Part shown: positions 12,697 to 26,684 of the stretch, piece after piece
How the letters are laid out: each line of letters opens with the position of its first letter
How positions within the stretch are numbered: the stretch's first letter is position 1
NCBI GenBank assembly: GCA_964016885.1
Contig: OZ024743.1
Span: forward strand, 179,676,001-179,740,000
DNA: 64,000 nt
From: Eledone cirrhosa
Lineage: Eukaryota
Direction: 5' to 3'
The notes under the pieces: generated by a model
Databases searched by the model: none
Seen by the model: the letters and a program-made list of their open reading frames with translations, nothing else
Told to the model about the DNA's origin: nothing
Translations under genes and position numbers: made by a program

Positions 12697-14635
12697 TTAC
12701 CTTACTTCTCGTAGGGGAAGGACGGCTTTTCCATCCTTTTCACTGCTTGTGGCCTCCTCAGGAAGGATGTCCTTATAAATCCTCCTGGAGAGTGCTTGTC
12801 GGAAGTCTCCGATGTCTTTGGGGAATTTTTGTTTTAGTGTCATGTACGTTTTCTGTGTGATGCGAGTGATTTGTATGTGTGGAGGTGGTGTGAATTTTGG
12901 GGTTGTTGTGTAGTCTTTTTCTGTGATGCTGGTGTTGTGTTGGATGTAGTGTAATAATTGCTTGTTATTCAAATTTAATGCTGTGTAGTGTGTATCGTTT
13001 TGGTTGTTTTGTTTTGTTTGCGTTTGTTGTCGGTTTGTTTCTGTTTCGCATTTTGGTGACTTTTGTGGTGTAGGTGATGGTGGTGCTGGGGATAATGATG
13101 GTGATGGTGTTGGTGTTTGGGTTGATGGGGTTGGTGATGCTGGTGTGGATGGTGGCATATCTGTCCTAACTTTTTTGTTTCTTAGTTTATTTGTTTCCCT
13201 CTGTATTTTGTTTTTGGAGGGGGAAGGAAGAGAATTTTTTCTTTTTTGGTTTCTTTTTTTTTTTTCCGGATATCGTTTCCCACTCCTCGTCGTCACAATC
13301 TGTCTCCAGTTGTGATAGGCCGGGGAGTGGAAAATCCTCCACAGCCGTTAGTTTTGGTTGTGGTGTGGTGGATGGTGTAGGCGCTGGTGCTAGTTCTGAA
13401 GCGTTTGGTGGTGGTGGTGTTGGTTTTGCTGGTGGTGGTAGTGGTGTTGGTTTTGCTACTGTTGCTGGGCTTGTTGCTCTTATAGTTGCTTCTGTTGTTG
13501 CTGCTACAGTTGTTGCTGCCATCTCTGCTACTGGTGGTGTTGATGGTTGTGTCACTGGGGTGGGTAGGAGAGGTGGCCTCAACCTTTTAGCCTGAGGGCA
13601 GAAAGCCCTTAGGTGGGTTCCTTCACCACAAACGACACACCTAGGTCTTCTGCCCTCGACAATTACCGTGAGGTGGCTGCCGTCAGTGAGGTCTATTACC
13701 TCTGGGATCTCCTCAATGCTTTTTTGGTCCGCTTGGATCAGGAGCTCCATCCCAGATCCGGACCAGTTTTCCTGCTTTTCTTTTGCTACTGCTATTATTT
13801 TCCTGTTGGCTTCGATGCCAGCGAGGACAGCCGCTATTAGCCAGGGAATTTCGATGGCCGGTGGAACGTGGGTCACCCTGATCTTTACGAGTCTCTGGCC
13901 ACAATAGCTTGGGACGAGTGTGAGGTCGTCACTTTTTAATGGGGCCATGGAGTGTTCTCTAGCCTCCTCTGGTGTTTCAAAGAACACATCCACGGTTCCA
14001 TACTTTTGCCCACGTCTGATGTGGGTTTTTCTTGCCCACACATGTCCCAAAGCTTTTGGGATTTGGGACTCGGATGCCCGTTCCACTCGGCGCGATTTTA
14101 CATTTATTGTTCTATACGACACGGTGCACAGGCGCCGATGCTCCATTTTATTAGGTGTGGGGGGGGGGGGGGGGGTGAGGCTGACCCTGTACCCATCTTT
14201 CTTTACCATTTGTTTGGCATTTTCTAAATCTTCTTGAGTTACCGTGAACGCTTCGAATTGTTTTGCTACGATGGCGAAACTGAGGGTCGGTTTTATAATG
14301 TCATTGTTGTTGTTGTTGCTATCGTTATTTGTGTTAATCTTAATTTTTGTTTCAGTTGTGGTGGTGGTGACGTCAGTCGTCTTTGGTGGGGAAGAGTCCA
14401 TTTTGCTTGATTTCATTTCGACATCACGAGTTAATTTATTTTTTTCTTCTTTTGTTTCTGTTGTCGCGGTGGTGGTGGTGGTGGTGGTGGTGGTTGTCGC
14501 GGTGGTGGTGGTGATGGTGGAGGCTTTAACACCTGCAGTCATTGGTAATGGCGGGAAATGAATGTCTGCCTGAGACAAATTTAAAATATTGCTACTGCTT
14601 ATATTTTTTTTTTGTGTTGGCAAACGTAGTAACAT
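12697..14635 (-). pseudogene. LINE ORF1 (gag-like, CX2CX4HX4C zinc knuckle), split by a 1-nt indel
   Basis: CVVCGEGTHLRAFC knuckle. ORFs 13187-14635 and 12697-13296 join if one base is removed from the T12 run at 13254-13265. ORF1 ends 35 nt before the ORF2 ATG. Confidence 0.85.
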
Positions 14636-14924
14636 TTACAATGGTGGTGTCGGTGTGAGGTGTTATTTTGTGAGGAAGGCTTTCAGCTGCTTCGTGCAGA
14701 GGTGAAGTAGCCATTTTTTTTTCAAAGAAATTTTTTGATAATAATAAAAGTTAAAATTTTGGGCACAAGGCCCCAATCTTTTTAGGTGTCCTTTTCGGAA
14801 AACAATGTATGTGTGCTTATAAACAGTTAACAATAACATTTTCCATAAATGGCAATTTTTAAACAAACGGAAATAACAAACCTTTGCGGAGCTCACGATA
14901 ATACGATTTCCTACGTAGGTCGCC

Positions 14925-14961
<37 letters not shown>

Positions 14962-15869
14962 GTAATAATAATAAATGTGTGATTCTTTGCCTAAATTTGA
15001 ATCTGTTATTTTAATAAATATATATATATATATTAGGTCTGAACATCATGCAATCAACTTCCTATTGTCACTGCTTCCGTCTCTCACTCTCTCCATCTCT
15101 CACTATATAAGCCAATGGCGGCCCACACGCTGGCCGACCCGTGGCCCCGTCGGACAGAATACATAAGGCATTAATTAATATTGGACTTCAAAGCTTGTCT
15201 CAACACCATATCTTCTGCATAGAAATATTTTTCTTGGAAAAATTATATAGAAATTCTTGGTATGTGTCTCTTTAGGAGGAGTAGATATATAATTACTAAT
15301 AGCATTTTATATATTTCTGCTCAAGTTGTTATCCAGGGCATGGCATTGTCTTTCAAGCTGTGACTTTATAATTACATTCTCTTTGATTGTATTTTACCTT
15401 GCATTCGTAAACTTCTAGTTCCCTTCGTTGTCGTAAATGGAAGTGAACACGTCGCATTTGAAATGATGTATTCTATAGTGGTAAAATAAACTGTTCACAA
15501 CCGAAAAGCATTTCAAGAGAAAACTTTTGTATATTGAGTCGCTTAATCCAGGGAGAAACTGATGTGTGATCGTGTGGGGCATTCATGGAACCTTTATGTG
15601 GCTAGTTGATTAATAGTCAAATTTTCTAACAAACACATCCTTACATTTTAAAATAGAAGCTAACATTGGATAATATAGTTCGAGATACATTATGTATGAA
15701 GGAAAGTAGGGCTGATCACCGTTGGAATAAAAGGCTAAACAACAATTAAATTTTAATTATGTGTCTTTTTTATAAAGATCTTGCAATTAAGTAACGGTAA
15801 TTAAAAGGTGGATTTAATGGGTTTTTTTCTTTTTTTATAAGATGTTCCCTTCTTTGAATTGAAAGATCA

Positions 15870-16135
15870 CAGCTCCGATACTATGAGCATGTGACTAGAA
15901 TGTGTCTGGAAAGAATGGATGGACAGCTTTTACAGGTAAAACCAACCGGCAGGAAACCCAGGGGCAGACCCCGAGCAAAATGGTTGGATAACATCCAGGA
16001 GCTCGGCTGGTCTCGCTTGGGCATCCAGCCGGATCAGTTGAAGACACCGGCTTCTGACAGGACCCACTGAAGGAGTGTTTGATGACTCTGCCCACACAAG
16101 CATCTCGGGAATAAGTGGGTGACGAAGAAGACATT
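15870..16135 (+). mobile_element. RTE-type LINE 3' fragment
   Basis: Translates as ...KPTGRKPRGRPRAKWLDNIQELGWSRLGI... A second copy lies at ~32540-32770. Confidence 0.7.
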
Positions 16136-16299
16136 TCCTTTCAGAGTACAAATACTACATCCCAGTATTTGCTCATGTTCTTCTAGGCATGTTATCTGGT
16201 TAATCTCATATAATTGATCTAATTAGGGCAAACTTCCGTTGGTCATCTCTGCAGAGGTACTGCTGGGTACGCAAAAGTTGGCTAGATCACCTTCAATAC

Positions 16300-16480
16300 A
16301 GAAAGTAAAAGTGGCTTGAGTATTGAGCGGTTAAGCGACTGAGAGTAAAAGACCCTCCCTGGATACGACGCCGGTCAATCGTAGGATGAACTCCCCAGCT
16401 ACTACTGGTACTCACTCTCAGTTGAGTGTAATGTAGTAACATGAAATAAAGTGTTTTGCTTAAAACCCACAACACACCAC
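16300..16480 (-). mobile_element. Degenerate tRNA-SINE
   Basis: CAGTTGAGTG..AACATGAAATAAAGTGTTTTGCT core, homologous to 113-410. Confidence 0.5.
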
Positions 16481-17789
16481 GCAGTCTGGCGAAACTGGCG
16501 TATTTTTTGTCTTGGATACGTGTACTTCTTACATTCCATTTTGAAATGGCATGGTGAGTTGTATCAACTCACTGTGTAATTTGGTTATTTTCATGGAATA
16601 ACACATGCTGCATAGTCAGAATCAAGGGTTATGTTGTATAGTCCTAGCAATTACATGTCAGAAGAATTATGGTGAGATGATTTTGTGTGCTATGGTTTCG
16701 CTGCAATCCGATTTGCCTTAAAGAAACGAATTAAGTTTTCATACGACTTGCAGGTATAGTCTGTTGATTGCTAATTTTATCATTATTTCTGGTGATTTTG
16801 CTTAAATATATTTTCCACTCACTCAAACTTACTCTAGAGGGTCTCCTACTTCTCTGCATTATATAAACCGTTTCTCTTCTAACGGCTTAACCTTTTCTTT
16901 ATCTATTTGTTTTTGTTTTTTTTGCGGGGTGGAGTATTCCTTTCTCCTATTTCAATCGCAGAAATTCTATTCGTTGTCTTGGTGCCTGTTTATTTTGCAA
17001 TCGGCCATGTGATTTGATGATAACTTCAAGTGAAGTTCATACGATAGAGCGATGTTCCAAAGGGACATGCTTAATATTTAAATAGTTAAAAATAATAATA
17101 ATAATTACCTGCAAAACACGAATTAATCACATTCACATTCTTGGACAGATGCGGCTGCATACATCCTTCATTTTAGAGGCACCCCATCACTTACCTACCC
17201 ACCTCATCACTTACAAACTTCGCCATCACTTACATACTCACAACATCACTCATATACCACTACCCCACAATCTGAGCAAACGAGAAAACAACTAGTTGGT
17301 ACATAGCCTGTTAGAAAAAAACCAAATCTTCATTAAATTATATTTGATATTATAAAACGGAGAACATTTAATAGGGCAGTCCTAGATTCATCTAAAAATA
17401 TGGTCACGCATGGAATACTTTTGATCATGACAGCTTGATCAGGGTTCACCTGTCGTTAGAGACATAACTAGGGAAAATAGCACCTATGGCAAGCAGTGAA
17501 TTAGCTCCCATGTCATCAGTGTAGTTTATATATAATTGATGTAAATATCTAAATGATGCAGCCACTATAGGGATTCTTATCCAGGATAATCAGATTTCAT
17601 ACTTCTGAAAAAGTTTCTTTTTTCACTCTCCGACGATAGCTTCTCTGACTCTAACAGAAAGTGCTTCTAGTCCATCCAAGTGTACCCCCCCCCACCCCCA
17701 CACACACACACACTTCAAGTATCACCCACGGCATGTGCGAAGCTTGCCATACCCTAGTTACACTTCTACCTGTCGCTAGATTTTCATTT

Positions 17790-17978
17790 AATAATTTTTT
17801 TCGACTTTTGGCACAAGGCCAGCAATTATCCCAGTGTATTACTGGTGCTTTATTTTATCGACCTCGTAAGGATGAAAGGCAAAGTTAACCTCGGCTGGAT
17901 TTGAACTCAGATCATAAAGGGCCGTAACTCTATACTGTAGAGTATGGCGTCAGACCCTCTACCGATACTGCCAATCCA
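17790..17978 (-). mobile_element. tRNA-derived SINE
   Basis: Reverse complement of the 7134/28883 family (GGATTTGAACTCAG B-box). Confidence 0.8.
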
Positions 17979-18057
17979 ATAATGCTCAAAAATCTCTTCT
18001 GTATTTTCGCCGATTTCAAAAACAGAATAGTGATTTTACCGGAATTTATATTTCTTA

Positions 18058-18206
18058 TAGGCGGCGAATTGGCAGAGTCGTTAGAACGTCGGATAGAATG
18101 CTATATGGTATTAGTTTAGGCTATCTGCTCTCTGAGTTCAAATCCCGACGAGGTCAACTTGGCTTTTCATACCTTCGAGGTCGATAAAAAAGTAGCAGTA
18201 CCGGGG
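18058..18206 (+). mobile_element. tRNA-derived SINE
   Basis: GGCGGCGAATTGGCAGAGTCGTTAG head, GAGTTCAAATCC B-box, TTTCATACCTTCGAGGTCGATAAAA core. Confidence 0.75.
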
Positions 18207-19670
18207 TGTATTATTCCTCTATACCTCTTTCTCACTTCCATTCTCTCACTCTCTCTATCTTTCTCTGGAAGAAATCTGCTGTAATCAGACCTGGACAAGT
18301 TTGGACTCTACCAGCTTTAAAAAATTCCCTAGACGCGCCGTATGTCAATACGGCTCTCTATGACTTCCTCGTAAGTTACGGGAACACACGTGCACATTTC
18401 GTCTCATACACAGTTTCTACAGTCAGCCCTCTCTCTACAGATTTATCGTGGCTTATACTAGATACAACTCTAAACACTTGCACAGTTCTTTCTCTCCAAA
18501 AGAGATTATATGAAACTTCTACCTACTTATAATTTGATATTTCTTCAGCTACTCCAAATATTCAAGCTGAAGAGTAACCAATTAAACCTTAACCAACTTT
18601 CGTATCCCCTGGAAATATCTGCCTGTAAATTTTATGAGCACTTTCATTTTCTGACAACAAAATTATAAAGATTAGATATCGCACTCTCTTGTGTATTATT
18701 TGCTTGTCTGTACAATATAAAATAATTAGACTATTTCAATGAAAATGAAAAAAAGAGATAAAATATTATCCATTTATAGAACTTTTTGAACTAATCATCT
18801 AGAGTAAATAGAAACATTTTGGATGCAAATGGAAAATATGTTTATTTCTTTTATCATTTCTATTTTTACATTTTACTTAATGGTAATATAAAGATGAAAT
18901 ATTTCTCATTGGTATTTTAGATTGGGGTTCAGTTTAATGGATAACGCTTTACATTAGAGACATGAAGAAAATATTGAAATAAGTACGGACAATAAACAGA
19001 CAAGAAATATAAATGATAAGAAAAGTTGTACAAAAAGCAAACAAACATACAGTAAGATAAGATAAACAATATAAAGTTGACTTACGAAGCGGAAAGCAAT
19101 ATGGCGAATTGACATGTCAGACAGATATTTAGGCTCTTATCGAAGTTTTAAAAAAAAAATTAATACATCTTAATGATCATCGAACAGATACACGAGTAAA
19201 TATTTCTTTTTCTTTTCCTGTCTTTTTTCTTTCGTTTTTATTAATTTAATGTATTGGTATAAGAGACTTACAATGTAAATTGCCCTTATCATTAATGTCT
19301 ATTGAGTCATATACTCTCTAAAACGATATTGATTTAATCGAAAGAAATTCATATCAGAAATTTCATCAGAAAATCTAAAGTTATAAATTCTTTACTGATT
19401 TTACGGCTTTGAATGAGAAGCTGTTCAGCAGTAAGTTCATTACAGACAATTACTTGCCATAAATAAACGAGAGTATTTCAAGTTAAAGCAGACGAGCAGT
19501 AGTAACAGGCCTTGCACATATTCTAATTCTACATAACCTATTACACTCTCATTGACATTGGGTGCCCTTTAGCAACATTTCAACGATCTACTCATAAAAA
19601 TTTTAGGATATACATGCATTCAATTTCGCATATTAAGATTCTTCTTCTTCTTCTTCTTCTTCTTCCACTC

Positions 19671-19780
<110 letters not shown>

Positions 19781-19878
19781 TTGAGGTTGGTAATGGCACA
19801 TGGAATATATAAGAGACAGAATACTTTTTTGTGAAAAAACATAATTTTATAAGGTAAGGAAATAATAAAGGGTATAAA

Positions 19879-19924
19879 AAATGACCGGTTTCGATGGGTC
19901 TGCAAAAGCCATCTTTTCAAATGT
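19879..19924 (-). ncRNA. Degenerate minimal hammerhead motif
   Basis: Minus strand reads TTGAAAA (for CTGANGA)-GATGG...CCATC-GAAA-CCGG-TC. The core has two mismatches. Confidence 0.4.
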
Positions 19925-20271
19925 TGATTAATATTAAGAAAAATTAATAATACGAAGAGTTAAAATTTGAGATTTGAAAATTCAAGTATAAAATTCATTG
20001 TGGGATTTCATAGCAGTGTTCATCTAGGTAGCAACAACAGGTTGACTGCTGTGTCCCTTTCTGGTAGTGAATGAGAAGTTATTTAGGGTGTGGGTTATTT
20101 TATAAAGGTCAGATTTAGCAATCGCCAACTGGCCAGCTGCTGGTCAGTGAGGGGGTGGAAGCAATATACATACACATATCTTCCTGTGGTGGGTAGGAGA
20201 GTGGAGCGTGATAGAAAGGGATTTAGTGCACTTACACCTATATATACACACATACCTTCATCCACACATAC

Positions 20272-20332
<61 letters not shown>

Positions 20333-20365
20333 CACACATACATACACACACACATACATATACAT

Positions 20366-20477
<112 letters not shown>

Positions 20478-23400
20478 TGTTCAGTAGTCAACAGACCCAA
20501 TAATCTACGAAGTGATTTAAATCCCAATCCGTTGCACCATTTCTATTCCTGATATCTATGGCTATAGGTATAGTCAATAGAAAACAATCTACTACAAACT
20601 TATTTCAAGCCCAATCAGTAAAATTGATCGATAGCTCATCTCAATTGTCTTTCTAATGTTCTCAACGTCTAGTCAATTACATTGTTTTGAGCAGTGTTTC
20701 CTAATGTAGCTTCCACGACGAAATGTTTTTCTTGCATGAGATGAGGTTGGTCACAACCTGAAGCATTCATAGCAAAGGGCATTCAAATGTTTTTCATAAA
20801 CATCACGTATATTATTCAATATACAATACGTGCATTTAAATTTATACCGCTAAATCGGAGCACCAATGCATTTTTCTATATAATTTAAGCCTGGTCGGCT
20901 ATCACTCCGTATTCAAATGAGTTTCATCAGCTCATAAACATAAGCAAAAATCTATAAGATTCTACCATATTTTAACCTGAGTAGAAGTGGGGAGATATAT
21001 AGTCTTGATAAACGCAAAACAGTGAGAAAAAATGCATTGTTCATTATTTCCCTCTGCCTTTTCTGAGGTTAGGTGTATGAAGTCGGCCATAACCTTAAAC
21101 ATTCACAGCAAAAAGGCCCTCAGATGTTTTTTTCATAAACATCCCGTATATTATTCAATATACAATACGTACATATATATATATATATCGCTATGTCGGA
21201 GCACCATTACAAATTTAATCTTAAAAAGAAGTTATTAAATATATATCTTTTTCATATGAACAACTTCCTCGCGTAAAACAATGCTTCATGTCATATAATG
21301 TCTTATAATAATTAGGGTTTTGTAGCTGTCTATTGGTTAAATAACCATACAAACCCGTAATTGGCCAAGCCTGTTGAGTACGGTTACACCCTTGACATTA
21401 CCAAAACGAAACAGAAAGCCGTGGAGATGAACCACAGGGGATTCCTCCAACAGAAGTGAGAAAGCCTTGGATTAGAATGGATTGAAGCTGTCTGTAAAAT
21501 ATAGCTATATTTTCAGCAATGTTTAGAAATTGTATCAGTTTTCTGCTACAAATAAGTCCGAGAAGCACTTGTCTGAAATCTAGACAATATAGTGTATCTT
21601 ACATAAAATAAAAAATATTTCATCCTAGTGTAACAAACCCCTTTTGTCCATTTGGGAATACCTAAAAGATATAATTTTATTGACTTTCTACAACTTTGGA
21701 ACATTGTATTTTTTGTATTTCTTCAAAGGGCCTTTTCAATGAATATTTACTGTATAGTAAATGAAACTCAACTATACTAAAACAATGATCCATTGCTTGT
21801 CAATTCCATATTTTTTCTTTGAAAATGTTACAATGACCCAAAGGAAAGAATTGTAGCTAACTTATCAGATTTCAGTACGTTTCACTTAATCGCCCCGACA
21901 CTATTTATTTAAATATAAACATTTGTAATTCTATATTTGTAATATCAAATTATTTTATATCACCGTAAACATATACACATATATAAATATAATGTTCATA
22001 TTTACATAAAACGGGGCACACTGGAATAAAATAAAACATACTGAGCACTTGAATATTTACTGAACATTAAGAAATACATCTAGCAAGCATGGGATAATGG
22101 TTTTCGTAAATTCATTCAACATTGACTCTATAAAACCTACTGAACTGCATTGTACATATGTCACATCATTCTATAAAGTAGATTAAGCTAATGTTACATT
22201 CTTTTAGGTAGTGAACATCTAAAATATAACTAATAATATATATATAGAAAAAAAATGACAATATTTGAATGACATATTAATTTAATCATTTCTGAATGTA
22301 ATGGGAGACAACTCTTGACAAGTTTCGGTTTTATGAAATCTGATAAGCTAAGCAGAAACATCACTGTTATTGCTAACGTAGTTGGTAGAGAATTACTAAG
22401 TATTGGACAATATTGAAGAACAGGCGTGGTGGTATTTCAAGTCACTTAGCTAATGTATTTGTTTCGCTGCATAAGTATTCTGATTATACGTCTGATGTTC
22501 ACTACATTAAATATATTAACGCAACGATAACTATTGTTTATCATACGGATGACATATCATAGTAATTGACCTTAGTGATTTATGTTTTGAAGAAAAGTTG
22601 TCCGTTTTTCTGTTTTAAAATGTCCCCATTCTAATAAATCTTCGAATAATTTCTTAAGACTTCACAAGTTTTCTTTTTATAATTCCCTGCTGTCTCTTTA
22701 AGCATTACTTTTATCAGCTACATCTGTTTTGTTCTTAGACATTCCTTTGTATGACTAATACAATTATGCTAAAAGAAAAGTTGTACTGAAGAGATAGCTC
22801 TCAACTATGCAAGATTAGTGTTAGCTAATATCGAGGACTACACAGTAGAGAAAATGTCCAATGAACCAAGCTACCTGTTTTATCCAAAGCGATAGGTTTA
22901 TCTGGATTAACTTATTATTTAGTTACAGTAGAATGAACATGACATTCACATCCTCAACTAAACTATGTTAACACGAACATCTTAAGCGGGCAGAATCTTT
23001 CCAGGCGGTTGTGTTTCAAACAAGGAGGTATTTAGAGTCGTAACGAACAGATGAATATCAATAAGGATGGTAATAGATTGAGATATAACTATGTCAGAAA
23101 GACCAAGGATGGTGTATGTATATAGTTTGCTAATTCGTATGAGCTACGTCATATGTTTACTCAGTGGTTGTAAGGCGTTGGTTACTAAATAGGTACTCAT
23201 TTTTAATGTGTTTCAAAATTCAGGTGTGTATGACAACGCAGCAGTATCCGAGATTTATTTTGTAATTACTCTACTGTGGGTCATTCTGAGAAATTAATTT
23301 TATTCCTGCTTTCACCATCGTCTATTTCACATTACATTTACAATGTCATCACCGTCATCGCCATCATCACCATCAACATTCTGAACATATCATATACATC

Positions 23401-24599
23401 CTCACCAACATAATTATCATCAACATCATGAGCACTTTCAAATTATCTATATCATCATCATCAGCACTATCAACAACATCAAGATTCTAAACATGTCTTC
23501 TCACTTCTTTTCCTTTTCACACTATACCACCCCAGGCTTTGTTTCCTGGAGAGCCGAAGAGGGCAAACTGCCCAAGTATCGACCACTCTCTGATAGGTGT
23601 GCGGTAGATCCAGTAAAAGTGGAGACTTCCAACATTCTTGCCCACCCCCGGACCACATCTCTGCTCACTGCTATCGGAGTGGAGTTGGCCACCTGCAAGT
23701 GTGAGACCCGCAGGAACAAGTGGCTGTTGCAACGCGTCTTCCTCGCCGTCCTCCAGGTCAACGTATTCTCCATCCTGTCAACTGGGACCCAGAGGCAGAG
23801 TTGTTGTTCCAGCGCGTCTCCCTCACCGTTGTCCGGGGTAAAGTATTCTCGATCCTGTCGGCTGGGACCCAGAGATGGAGGGTAAGTTAGTTGGAGGTGA
23901 AGGATACTCGTTCGGACGTCACTTTCTCTCTATTTCTTTAAAATTCTATTCCTTCCCATTCATCACTTTGTTTGTTTTCCATCAATTCTTTTTTCTCTTT
24001 TATTTACTGTTCTTTTTCATTTGCTTCTTTCTATTCTCTTTCTTTTTTATTCACATCAACTTTTCTTTCAGTCTACATCTCCTTCTCATCTTTATCTGTT
24101 TCTTCTCCCCAAGAGAATCTTTTTATCACAATCTTTTTCATCGTTATCATCAACATCATTATCATCAAAATTAATTTTCATCAACATCATTATAATCACC
24201 ATCATTATCACCAACATCATCATCATCAACAACATCATCATCAAAATTAATTTCCATCAACACTATTATCATCAAGATCATTATCACCAACATCATCATC
24301 ATCATCATAATCATCATTACCATGATCATTATTACCAATAGAAGCAGCCAGCAGCAGCATCTTTATTTACTACAAGTCTTTTTTCTAATTTTAGAAATCT
24401 GCTATTTTTTTAAAATTTCACTTCATATCAGCATGATCATCATCATCAACGTCATCATCATCATCATCATCATCATATTTCCTGTCACTGCCATTACCAA
24501 CAGCCAGCCAATCTTTTTTTTCTATTTCACTACTGACGTAATATGTAGTTTGATAAATTAGCTACTCTAATATATATCTGTATAGCCGAAGATATATAC

Positions 24600-24689
<90 letters not shown>

Positions 24690-25284
24690 ATTTTTTGCTG
24701 CCTAAATATTTGTAAACATATTCGAACATTAAGATAAACACTGCGATGTTTGATTACTTATGAAAAAATCAAATAAATAAATATAAATACGCAGAAACAT
24801 TTGAAAATAAACAGAGAGTAAAACAAATAGGTATTCTGATTAGGATAAAACAGAATACACCATTTATCTAGCTTAAGATAAATGTCAAATAAGACAGATG
24901 ATATAAAAAGAAGAAATAAACATATGTAAAACAATCTATTAACTAGAAGATAACGAATTAGAGCCAGAAACGTGCCATATCGAGCAGTATTAGAGTGTTA
25001 GACAAGTATCTTCTAGATACTGTAAGCCAGGGCCGTGGCTTGGCCAGCGCATAGGCCTCCATTTGCCCATAATAGTTAGAGATGGAGAGAGCGAGAAAGA
25101 GGGAGGCAGTGACAGTGGGAGTTTGGTTCCTTTGTGTTCGGACGTGGTGTATATGTTTCACAGATATACACATACACTGAATCAGTATAGTTATTTATAT
25201 TCTACATAAATTTTAGTACCTTAAACTGTTTCAGTACCTTAAACTGTTTCACACACCAAAGAATTAAATGTCTTAACTTATTGA

Positions 25285-25490
25285 TTGTAGGATTGGCAGT
25301 ATCGGTAAAGCGATGAACAACATGCTTTGCAGCATAGAGTTATGGCCCTCTGCGTTCTAAGTCCAAATCCAGCCGAGGTTAGCTTTGCCGTTCATCCTAA
25401 CGGGATAGATAAAATAAAGTAGCAGTAACGCACTGGGGTCAATTTTATCGGATTTCCCCTTCCACAAAATTGCCTAAAGTAGAAACAATT
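25285..25490 (+). mobile_element. tRNA-derived SINE
   Basis: Same family as 7134/28883. Confidence 0.8.
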
Positions 25491-25919
25491 GTTAAAGAAC
25501 TGAATTATCGCTTACATTAATTTGGTGTCCGACTTACAGCCCACCTGGTATGTTGCCTTTTTACAATAAAATTGTTAGACTTATAGCCAGAGCTATACTT
25601 CAGAATGCTACACATCGGACAATAATACAAACAATAACTTTGAGACTTATTAAAAGAGAAAATAGCTGTGCATTACCAAATATCCCACTGCCAGATACTA
25701 GTGGCCGAAACGGGGTTCCTCCGAAGGGTCTTTGGAGTAACATTACTCGATAGAGTGCGTAGCTCGTAGATCAGTGTCACTCCCGGTAGAGCTACTACTT
25801 CTCCGAATTGAGAAATCAGAGTGGTCAGAATGTTTCAGTAATGAATCACTAGACAGATTTTACGGGCGAAACTAATCGACACGTGAAAGACACTTGCTAA
25901 TATTTCCTTACATTGATTT

Positions 25920-26097
25920 ATGACATAGAGTAACGGCCCTTTACGTTCTGAGTTCAAATCCAGCCGAGGTTAGCTTTGCCTCACATCCTTACAGTATCGA
26001 TAACATAAAGTACCAGTAATGCACTGGGGTCGATTTAATCGACTTTCCCCAATCCTAAAAAGAAATATTGTTGGCCTTGTACTTAAATCAGAAACCA
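25920..26097 (+). mobile_element. tRNA-derived SINE (5'-truncated)
   Basis: GAGTTCAAATCC B-box plus the family core. Confidence 0.75.
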
Positions 26098-26473
26098 ATA
26101 TTTCCTTACATTGAAAAGTAGGTTTATTTGTTTTTATCTAATTTTATTTTCCCATTTTCTTTCGACATATGTAGAGAGTTAAATAGAAGTTGTGTTATAT
26201 TTTCTGAAAACCTGTATAGAAAATTGTGTTTTCTTATTTAGTACATATTGTTAAAATGAATAACAAACAGAAATATGTAAGCAATTATATTTCTAGAAAA
26301 GCAAAGAACGGTGTATTGTTGATGTAATATTGTTATGTTTTACTGGCTACCACAATATTTACAAGACCAACATATAAACAAAACTCTCGTTAACTTAAGA
26401 TGATTAATCAAACAAATCACACACACACAAACACACACACACAAACACACACACATATATATATATATAGTAT

Positions 26474-26669
26474 AAGAATAAAGGAACAAGGAATCAGTGT
26501 TGCATCATAACATATTTAATAACATATTACATATGTTTCACTGTGAATCAGCTTGAGGAACGATCTATTACTGATCGAACCAGACTCTGGAATCGAAAGA
26601 TCTTCAGATGTTAATACACTGCTCTGCAAGAACATCGAGTGCTCACCCGGCATACCATACCTCTACACC
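26474..26669. mobile_element. Mini PLE derivative: minus-strand HHR arm joined to a plus-strand terminal tail
   Basis: Homologous to the pLTR at 41500/47461. Minus strand reads CTGAAGA (26601-26607)...GAAA-CATATG-TA. The plus strand carries the ACATCGAGTGCTCACCCGG tail. Flanked by TA runs. Confidence 0.7.
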
Positions 26670-26684
26670 TATATATATATCAGA

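Larger units (their letters stand above)
9001..14924 (-). mobile_element. Near full-length Tx1/L1-group non-LTR retrotransposon (~5.9 kb)
   Basis: ORF1 with a CCHC knuckle and ORF2 with APE-RT-zinc finger. The 3' end is AATAAA-GAAAAC (minus strand) at 9001-9012. Both ends abut (AAT)n tracts (8977-9000; 14925-14973). Confidence 0.92.

Noticed and set aside
20780-21210. ~110-bp direct repeat pair
   Set aside because: Simple degenerate local duplication with no further structure.
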